A DNA stretch of 64,000 nucleotides from Candidatus Latescibacterota bacterium (GTDB lineage Bacteria; Latescibacterota; UBA2968; UBA8231), in contig OZ244561.1 of assembly GCA_965217585.1 (NCBI GenBank), positions 2,752,001-2,816,000 on the forward strand, written 5' to 3'. The notes below the pieces were generated by a model. That model saw only the letters and a program-made list of their open reading frames with translations. It was not told where the DNA came from and ran no database searches. Shown in pieces: positions 57,270 to 64,000 of this stretch (positions are counted from its first letter, which is position 1; every line of letters begins with the position of its first letter). Position numbers and translations under genes: made by a program.

Positions 57270-57421
57270 TTTGTGGTTGGATTAGAAGGATGGCGGCGCT
57301 GGTCCACGCGCCTTGTGCTATCTATTGGTTTCTGTCCTAATTAATCTATTGCCCGGCACAGTCGCCACCCTGCGCAACGGGCGGTTTTTCTCGCTGCCGC
57401 AACCAACGCTAGGCTTTGCTC

Positions 57422-59977
57422 ATGCACGATATAGCACTCGACTTACTCATCTTGCTCGCCGGGATCTGGCTAGTGGCCGTGACCTTGCGGCCGCTGGGCC
57501 TGCCGACGGTGATGGGCGAACTGATCGTCGGGGTCTTGGTGGGGCCGGCGGTCTTCGGCTGGATCGAGCCGAACGAGGCCATCCAATTGTTGGCCGAGAT
57601 CGGCATCTTCTTTCTGATGTTCCACGCCGGGGTGGAGACCCAGCCCAACGAGTTTTTCAACGCGCTCAAGCGCTCGCTAGGGGTGGCGATTGCAGGGGCC
57701 GCAGTGCCTTTTGCCGTCAGCTTTGCTGTCGCACAATTCTTCGGGCTGGATCTTGTCGCCTCTATCTTCGTGGGGCTGATCATTGGAACCGCTACCGCAG
57801 TCGTAATCACCCTCAAAAGTCTCAAGGACTTGGGGTTGACCGATACCCGCATTGCGCGGATCATCGTCGCTAGCTGCGTCATCAACGACCTTTTGACCTT
57901 GATCTTTTTTAGCCTAGTGACCGGCGCACTCTCCAGCGGGACCTTTGCCCCCTTGGACCTAGTGGTCAACTTGGGCAAGGTTGTGGGCTTCTTCGCGGTC
58001 GCGTTGCTTTTGGGCACCTTTGTCTATCCCCGCCTCACCCTGCCCTTCCGCGCCGAAGGCGGCAAGGGCTTCACCTTTGTGTTGCTGGCCGCCATTGCCG
58101 CCGGTCTTTTTGCCGAGGCTATTGGGCTGCACATGATCTTGGGTGCCTACTTGGCGGGTCTGTTCTTCGAGGAGCGCGTCGCCCATCCCAACTTGGTAAA
58201 GGTGGTAAACGACCGCGCGTACGGCATCGCCTATTCGTTCCTCGGGCCGATCTTCTTCATCTCGCTGGGCTTTTCCATTTCGTTTAACATTAGCGCGTCG
58301 GGCGTGGCGTTTATCGCGCTTCTGGCAGTGACAGTCATCGCCGGGCAGGTGCTTAGTGCCGGCAGCATGGCGCTGCGCATTGGCATGCCTTGGCGAGAGG
58401 CGCTGACGGTGGGCGTAGGCATGTGCGGCCGCGCCGAGATGGCGTTTATCTTGGCCGCGCTGGCTTTGGCTCAAGGGGCAATCGATCAGGCGACCTTTAG
58501 CATTTTGATCTTCACCGCGTTCCTGTTAAATCTCTTCACGCCGTTGGCGCTCAAGGGCTGCTCAGTCCTCCTAGAAGGCCGAGTGGCGCATGGAGGGGAC
58601 ACCCAACTCGGAGTGTTTCAGATCGACAAGTTCAATACCCCACTCGTCGCCGAGAATCCAACCGGACGCGCCTTGCCCGCAGTGGAGGATGCTGTGGTCA
58701 TCTATAGATACGGGCCAGAGGTCGAGACCCTAATAGAAGAGCTTTCCAGCCGGCACCTGCCGCTGGTGGTGATCGAAGAGGACGAGGTGACGGTGCAGCA
58801 GCTCCAGACAAACGCCGATGTGCAGGTCGTACATGCGCACCTAGCGGCGGAGACTCTGGACCTGCGGCCGTTGACCAAGGCGAAGGCGCTGGTGGCCAAT
58901 GGCTCAGACGACGACAACGCTCTGTTCGCGCTCAGTGCCCGCGAACAGGGCTTCGTCGGTCCCATTGTGGCGATGATCGAGCACCCCCAGCGTCGCGGCC
59001 CCATGTTACTGGCGGGCGCGACTGCGGCTTTTACCCCCAACCACGTTCTCGCCGCGGCGATTGCCGTCCGCGCCAGCGCGAAGATCGGGCCGCGGGTGGC
59101 GGGCGTAGAGCCGCTCGACTCATTCCTCGAAGTGGCCGAGCTGCGCGTTCACGACCAAAGCCCGCTCGCCAACCGCACCTTGGCCGAGACCGAGCTATAC
59201 ACCCGGACCGGTGCCCACATCGTCGGGCAGTGGGCCGACGACACGCTCGGCTCGCCGCCGACTGCTGCGGAAAAACTACAGCCCGGAGCCATTCTGGTGG
59301 CGGTCGGCACGCCTGAGAGCATTCACCGGTTAAACGAGATGTCCCGGCCGATTACCCAGCAGGGGCCGATTCTGGTGATTGGCTTTGCCGATGTCGGGCA
59401 GAAGCTGGTCGAGATTCTCCGCGCTGCGGGCGAGGACGTGCGGGTCGTCGATGAGGTTGAAAGCGCCGGAGTCGATGTAGTCGGTGATGTACTCGATGTG
59501 CGCGTCCTCGACCGCGCCGCCATTGCGGAAGCGCGGGTCGTCATCCTCGCCCTCGACAGCGACGGGGCCGCCCTGTTTACCGCGGCGGTGGTCCGCGATC
59601 ACGTCCCGGAGATTCCCCTGTTGGCCTGCGTGTCCCACGTTGAAAACGCAGACCGAGTGCAGCGCGCCGGCGCTGATTTTGCGCTCTCGGTCAGCCAAGT
59701 CGCCGGCCAGTTGCTAGTCCACCACGTCCTCGGGGAAACGGTTTCGCACAAACCCCGGATCAAGATGGTCAAGCTCAGGCCCGGCTCCCTCGCCGGACGC
59801 CACCCGCTCGCAGCGCGCATCCGCGAGCGCACGGGTTGCTCGGTGGTGGCTGTCGAGCGGGCCGGCGAGGTGCTCATGGACATCCCGGCTTCGTTCGTGC
59901 TCACGCCCGAGGACGCGCTCTACATCTGCGGCACGCCCGCGGCCTTTGACCGCTACTACGAAGAATTTCCGACTTAG
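57422..59977 (+). CDS. Cation:proton antiporter (CPA2/Kef-type) with two TrkA-N/TrkA-C pairs
   Basis: GELIVGVLVGP, GLHMILGAYLAG, PIFFISLG, RAE; soluble RCK-like C-terminal half. Confidence 0.88.
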   Translation: MHDIALDLLILLAGIWLVAVTLRPLGLPTVMGELIVGVLVGPAVFGWIEPNEAIQLLAEIGIFFLMFHAGVETQPNEFFNALKRSLGVAIAGAAVPFAVSFAVAQFFGLDLVASIFVGLIIGTATAVVITLKSLKDLGLTDTRIARIIVASCVINDLLTLIFFSLVTGALSSGTFAPLDLVVNLGKVVGFFAVALLLGTFVYPRLTLPFRAEGGKGFTFVLLAAIAAGLFAEAIGLHMILGAYLAGLFFEERVAHPNLVKVVNDRAYGIAYSFLGPIFFISLGFSISFNISASGVAFIALLAVTVIAGQVLSAGSMALRIGMPWREALTVGVGMCGRAEMAFILAALALAQGAIDQATFSILIFTAFLLNLFTPLALKGCSVLLEGRVAHGGDTQLGVFQIDKFNTPLVAENPTGRALPAVEDAVVIYRYGPEVETLIEELSSRHLPLVVIEEDEVTVQQLQTNADVQVVHAHLAAETLDLRPLTKAKALVANGSDDDNALFALSAREQGFVGPIVAMIEHPQRRGPMLLAGATAAFTPNHVLAAAIAVRASAKIGPRVAGVEPLDSFLEVAELRVHDQSPLANRTLAETELYTRTGAHIVGQWADDTLGSPPTAAEKLQPGAILVAVGTPESIHRLNEMSRPITQQGPILVIGFADVGQKLVEILRAAGEDVRVVDEVESAGVDVVGDVLDVRVLDRAAIAEARVVILALDSDGAALFTAAVVRDHVPEIPLLACVSHVENADRVQRAGADFALSVSQVAGQLLVHHVLGETVSHKPRIKMVKLRPGSLAGRHPLAARIRERTGCSVVAVERAGEVLMDIPASFVLTPEDALYICGTPAAFDRYYEEFPT

Positions 59978-60795
59978 GAAGGTGGATAGGCCCGGAACAA
60001 GTCCCGTTGCGCTTCGGTGAGGCGGGCGAACGTCTCCGGGGTGATGTGCTGCTTTTCGTCCATGGTGGCGATGTTTTGCGACATCATCCAGTGCGGCCCG
60101 TAGCCCACGTGCAGGGTCTTGCGCGTCTGCTCAGAGAGGTTGGTGAAGCCGCCGTGGCGCAGGTTTTCGGTGAAGAGGATCGCGTCTCCGGCCTTGACCG
60201 CTAGGCCGATCATGTCGGGGTCTTCGTCCGGGTCGTTGCTGTGGGGCGAGGGCAGATTGGTCTTGTGCGTTCCCGGTACCACGCAAAAGGCCCCCTGCTC
60301 ATTGGTGCAATCGTGGATGAAATAGACCATCCGCACCATCATGCAGTCGATGCCGTGCTCGGTGTAGCTATAGCGATACTTTTGGTTGGCCGAGACGGTG
60401 CCGCCGTGGCAGCCGGTGGCGTTGCCTTGGTAGCGGATGCGGATCTCGGAATTGTTGATCGTTGGCCGCTGTTTGACGATGCCGTGGATATAGTCCATCG
60501 TCGGCGGGTGGTCGAGCAAAACGTCGAAGGCCGGGTTGGCGTTCCAGAAGTCTTCGACCATCAGGGTCTTGCCCTCGGCCCGCTCGCCATTGGCGTGATA
60601 GCCGCGCTCGGGATTGGCGTGGTAGTTGGCTCCCCAGCCGCTTTGCTTGCGCGGTGGTTGGGTGACATGCGCGAGCGAGTGTTCTTCTAGCTCATCCACG
60701 GCCTCGGCCAGCGCGGCCACTTGGGTCTCGTTCAGCAGCTTCTCAATGACGATGTAGCCCTGGCGATCGAATTCAAAGGTTTCGATTTCGTTCAC
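59974..60795 (-). CDS. Phytanoyl-CoA dioxygenase (PhyH) family protein
   Basis: FDRQGY, GAFCVVPGTHK, AGDAILFTENLRHG. Confidence 0.88.
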   Translation of the reverse strand: MNEIETFEFDRQGYIVIEKLLNETQVAALAEAVDELEEHSLAHVTQPPRKQSGWGANYHANPERGYHANGERAEGKTLMVEDFWNANPAFDVLLDHPPTMDYIHGIVKQRPTINNSEIRIRYQGNATGCHGGTVSANQKYRYSYTEHGIDCMMVRMVYFIHDCTNEQGAFCVVPGTHKTNLPSPHSNDPDEDPDMIGLAVKAGDAILFTENLRHGGFTNLSEQTRKTLHVGYGPHWMMSQNIATMDEKQHITPETFARLTEAQRDLFRAYPPS

Positions 60796-60810
60796 GTGTT
60801 GCTCCTTTTG

Positions 60811-61611
60811 TTATTTGAACCACCCGGCCAAGTTGCCCCCCTTTACCAGCGCACGCTCGGCTGCTGAGTAGCTCGCTAAATGCGCATCGACAATCGCCGG
60901 CGCGCCGCTGCCCCAGACCATGCGCTCCGGCCCAAAGGCTTCGATCACGCGCCGCGTAAAGGACTTGGCACTTTCGTATAGCGGCGCGTCTTGGGCGAAG
61001 TGGCCGAGGCCGGAGAGCTTCATATAGACCTCGGCGTCAGCACAGCCCAGCTCCAGTATATCGGCATATTCGACCGCGCTGCCCAGATGCGGCTCGGCTA
61101 GGTGGTCGATCAGCGTCACTGTCTGGGGAATGTCGCGCAAGACTTGGGCGACTTGGGCACCGTAGTTAGGCCCGATGTGCAATTCGACGATCAAGCCTAG
61201 CTCCACCGCCTTTTCCCACAGGGCGCGCACCCCTTTGTCGTTGAAGCTGTCGAGATACAGCTCCTTGCCGCGGTGTGCGTGAAAGCGGGTGGCGATGATC
61301 TTGGGCTCGCGAGCGACTAGCTCGGCCAACTTTTGGGGCGCGTCTGGGTCCTTGGGATAAAATAGCGACGTGCCCCGCAGCCGTTCCGGTTCGCGCTCCA
61401 GACATTCGAGTATCAGCCGGTGATCGTCTCCATACGGCTCGGGATGGACGACGACGGCCCGGTCGATGCCAGCATCCGCCATGCGCTGTAAATAGGCTCC
61501 CAATGGGTCTGGGGGATGTACGGAAACATCCGGTCGGTAGGCCGCCCTGTGATGCAAGGGATAGCGCTGGGTATCGGGGCTGAAAATGTGGGTGTTCCAC
61601 TCGACGATCAT
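60811..61611 (-). CDS. Amidohydrolase_2 family protein
   Basis: EWNTHIF, IDHLA, YMKLSG, FGPERMVWGS; AGGAG RBS. Confidence 0.85.
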   Translation of the reverse strand: MIVEWNTHIFSPDTQRYPLHHRAAYRPDVSVHPPDPLGAYLQRMADAGIDRAVVVHPEPYGDDHRLILECLEREPERLRGTSLFYPKDPDAPQKLAELVAREPKIIATRFHAHRGKELYLDSFNDKGVRALWEKAVELGLIVELHIGPNYGAQVAQVLRDIPQTVTLIDHLAEPHLGSAVEYADILELGCADAEVYMKLSGLGHFAQDAPLYESAKSFTRRVIEAFGPERMVWGSGAPAIVDAHLASYSAAERALVKGGNLAGWFK

Positions 61612-61681
61612 CGGGCCGTCTCCTCTTGCAAGGCAACAGTACCACGCTTGTCCGCGACTGTCAAACGGCCCTGCCGCAACC

Positions 61682-61710
61682 TTGACAATACAGTTTGAGG
61701 ATTCTATTTT
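61682..61710 (+). promoter_or_regulatory. sigma70-type promoter of tRNA-Glu
   Basis: TTGACA-17 nt-TATTTT. Confidence 0.65.
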
Positions 61711-61743
61711 TTGTAACCTACAGGTTGAAAACGAACTTTCTTT

Positions 61744-61819
61744 GGCCCGTTCGTCTAGAGGCCTAGGACGCCGGCCTCTCACGCCGGTAACACGGGTTCG
61801 AATCCCGTACGGGCTACCA
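61744..61819 (+). tRNA. tRNA-Glu (CTC)
   Basis: Cloverleaf; anticodon arm CCGGC-CTCTCAC-GCCGG; GGTTCGAATCC; encoded CCA. Confidence 0.97.
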
Positions 61820-61826
61820 ATTATTG

Positions 61827-61864
61827 ACCCCAGGTTGGCTACACTAACCTGGGGTTTTCTTTTT
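61827..61864 (+). terminator. Intrinsic terminator after the tRNA
   Basis: ACCCCAGGTT/AACCTGGGGT stem plus T-run. Confidence 0.8.
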
Positions 61865-61914
61865 GCCAATCCGCTAGGCCGTCAAGCCTTGCGCTCGTCT
61901 GATTCTATTCTAGC

Positions 61915-62310
61915 TCAGCATCCGCATTTGATCTCGGTACCAGATTTCGTCTTGTCGCCGCCGGTGGCGTAGCCGTCGCGCTTCCACCAGTCGAGGCCGC
62001 CGATTAATTCGCGCACTTGAAAGCCCAGCGTCAGCAGTTTCAGCGCCGTCTTCGTTGAGGCGTTGCAGCCGATGCCATCGCAGTAGCAGACATAGAGCTT
62101 TGATTTGTCGAGCGACTCAGTCGAATTGAAGCAGATTTCTCTATGGGGCAGATTGAGCGCACCCGGAATGTGCTCTTGGGCATAAGCCTCCGTAGAACGG
62201 CCATCGACGACGGTGATGGGTTCGTTCTCGCCCAACGCCACGTAGAGATCCCACGAATCCATTTCATAAGCAAGCTTGCGCTGGTAGTAGTTCATCTGGT
62301 CAATGGACAT
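61915..62310 (-). CDS. Rhodanese-like domain protein
   Basis: VVDGRS, HIPGA, YCDGIGC, LIGGLDWW. Confidence 0.9.
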   Translation of the reverse strand: MSIDQMNYYQRKLAYEMDSWDLYVALGENEPITVVDGRSTEAYAQEHIPGALNLPHREICFNSTESLDKSKLYVCYCDGIGCNASTKTALKLLTLGFQVRELIGGLDWWKRDGYATGGDKTKSGTEIKCGC

Positions 62311-62361
62311 AGTTTTTCCCGTTGTTGAAGCGGATTGTCGAAATCGCGGCAGGCCCAAAAG

Positions 62362-63747
62362 CTACGAACACCAGTAGGCGTACAGGCGGGCGTTGTGCAG
62401 GGCGAAACGCAAGCGTACCGGCTGTCCTCGCAACGCGCTCAAGTCTCGGCCGTCGCGCCAGCGCACGGGCACGGCGACTCCGTCTTCGGTGATGGCGACG
62501 CAGTCTTGGGCCGTATGGCCGGGAATGGGGTTCCCTTCCTCGTCGAGCATTTCGACGGTTAGCTGCCCGTAATCCGCCTTGGCGTTGACCCGCAATTCAT
62601 CCCCACCCAACGCAAAGGGCCGAGTCGTTAGCTGCCCGCCGTCAAAACTGGCGTTGAGCGACGCAAAGCCGTCGAGGCGCAGCATGGCCAAGCCAATGCC
62701 CATCGTCCCCACATCCTGATCGGCTGCAATCGGCGGATCGAATTCGCGTGGGATCTTGGCGTGCCGCCGGGCCGTGCCTCGGTAGTAGATATAGAGCTTG
62801 TCGTCCACGGCAATCGGCGGCGCACCACTGAGCATTAGCTGGAACCGATCCCACTCACCCACCGCGCCCAAACCCACCAGTGGCTTCCCCGGCACTCGCT
62901 GCCAGCGCTCCCCATCGCGGCTGCACAAAAGCCGCAGGACTTGGGTTTGTTGTCGCGGGCGTTTGTCGAAGTGGGTCAGGATACCTAAGTAGTGAGCGCC
63001 GTAGTTGAAGCCCGTATTGTTGTAGAGAGCCTCTTCTTCGTTGAGCGGTGCTAGGAAGGGCCGCGGCGGCGACCAGTGGACGAAGTCCTCACTCGTACTC
63101 ATCAGCCGCTCGGGCACGCCGCGCAAAAAGGCCACGTAGCGCCGGCGCTCAATATCCACCATCATCGACTGCGCATCCCCGACCGGCCCCAAGTCGCGGG
63201 TGCCGGGCCGCGGATGGTAGCGAAAAATCGGGTCCGGTGAATGCGACCAGTTGATCCCGTCCGGCGAAGTGGCGCTGTAAATGCCCGAGCGCGGCCCGTC
63301 CCAGTCGTAGCTCGACCAGCCGATGGCCTTGTAGCGGCGGGTGGGATCCGGGTCGAGGGGGTCCTTGAGCATGGTCTCCCAGTGGTCCTGCCCTTCGTGG
63401 TGAGTCGCGGGGATGACGATGTTGTTGTCTTTTGAGCCGAGGGCCTCGTGGATACCGAGGGAGGGGCGCTCCCAGTGGATTCCGTCCGGCGAAAGCGCGA
63501 GGCATTGCACGTGTTCGCACCCCGGCGCATAGTGGCCGGCCATGTACCACGCCTTGAAGATTTGTTCCTCGGCGTCGAAAATCACCGCTGCGGTCATGCC
63601 GCCGTGTTGTTCCCACGGCGCTTCCTGTTTGAGCACGGGATGCGTGCCGTACTTCTCCGCTTGGTGGAAGACCCGCTCCACGTTTTCTTGGCGCTCGACG
63701 TCGTCCATATCGACGAAGAGGCGTTTGCGGTGGTCGAGTGAGTTCAT
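62362..63747 (-). CDS. Five-bladed beta-propeller glycoside hydrolase-like protein
   Basis: SPDGIHW, SPDGINW, SEDFVHW, SRDGERW, LRLDGFAS. Confidence 0.75.
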   Translation of the reverse strand: MNSLDHRKRLFVDMDDVERQENVERVFHQAEKYGTHPVLKQEAPWEQHGGMTAAVIFDAEEQIFKAWYMAGHYAPGCEHVQCLALSPDGIHWERPSLGIHEALGSKDNNIVIPATHHEGQDHWETMLKDPLDPDPTRRYKAIGWSSYDWDGPRSGIYSATSPDGINWSHSPDPIFRYHPRPGTRDLGPVGDAQSMMVDIERRRYVAFLRGVPERLMSTSEDFVHWSPPRPFLAPLNEEEALYNNTGFNYGAHYLGILTHFDKRPRQQTQVLRLLCSRDGERWQRVPGKPLVGLGAVGEWDRFQLMLSGAPPIAVDDKLYIYYRGTARRHAKIPREFDPPIAADQDVGTMGIGLAMLRLDGFASLNASFDGGQLTTRPFALGGDELRVNAKADYGQLTVEMLDEEGNPIPGHTAQDCVAITEDGVAVPVRWRDGRDLSALRGQPVRLRFALHNARLYAYWCS

Positions 63748-63757
63748 TGGCGTTCCC

Positions 63758-63873
63758 TATAGCAATCCTACATCATTTACAAGGTGATCCGCAGATGGAC
63801 GCAGATAGACGCAGAATAGTAGAAACAAGACGATCTATCGCTCGAATCGTTCAAATCATCCCGGATTGCTATA
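63758..63873. mobile_element. 116-bp MITE-like element, copy 2
   Basis: Perfect TATAGCAATCC/GGATTGCTATA terminal inverted repeats; same length and core as 35555..35670. Confidence 0.78.
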
Positions 63874-63877
63874 TATG

Positions 63878-64000
63878 CTAGGTCCGCATCCCCGACTGCG
63901 ATTCGAAGCCCATCAATCGTTTTAGGATCGGCGTTGCCCGCGCGACGACCTCGGGGCGCGCCAGCTTGAACTGGTCCTGCTGCGGCTTCATAAACGAGCG
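63878..64000 (-). CDS. 3' end of a gene entering from beyond the window (possibly PhyH family)
   Basis: Open frame ...RSFMKPQQDQFKLARPEVVARATPILKRLMGFESQSGMRT*. Confidence 0.5.
   Translation of the reverse strand, partial: RSFMKPQQDQFKLARPEVVARATPILKRLMGFESQSGMRT

Noticed and set aside
61744-61864. tRNA-Glu as an integration site
   Set aside because: No integrase and no duplicated tRNA 3' end seen; a terminator follows directly
60811-61869. 352-aa ORF extending through the tRNA
   Set aside because: The N-terminal extension is antisense tRNA; the start with an RBS is at 61611

Overview
GC-rich bacterial chromosomal window. A C-terminal TAV-xxx-TWG-x-LK motif, several PhyH-like dioxygenases, aldo/keto reductases, amidohydrolases, a sulfatase and BNR proteins suggest, by inference only, a Latescibacterota/Poribacteria/Gemmatimonadota-like organism. 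1-12.8 kb: two tandem TPR-protein paralogs, plus a sigma54 module made of a beta-propeller/AAA+ activator, two -24/-12 promoters each preceded by tandem repeats, a CxxC and an SxxS TlpA-like paralog, and a stand-alone copy of the activator's HTH, interrupted by a FitAB/VapBC pair. 12.8-37.5 kb: mostly metabolic genes, with an orphan adenine methyltransferase. 37.5-46 kb: a type I R-M locus without hsdR. Accessory genes are stacked between hsdM and hsdS and bounded by repeated copies of the hsdM 3' end and hsdS 5' end, including an in-frame HsdS/HsdM hybrid mini-ORF. 46-64 kb: metabolic genes, DEAD-box helicase, cold-shock and RRM proteins, an apparently deletion-fused ABC exporter, a Kef-type antiporter and tRNA-Glu. 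Two copies of a 116-bp MITE and several REP-like palindromes are present. No CRISPR array or rRNA was seen. All family assignments come from motif recognition by eye, not database searches.
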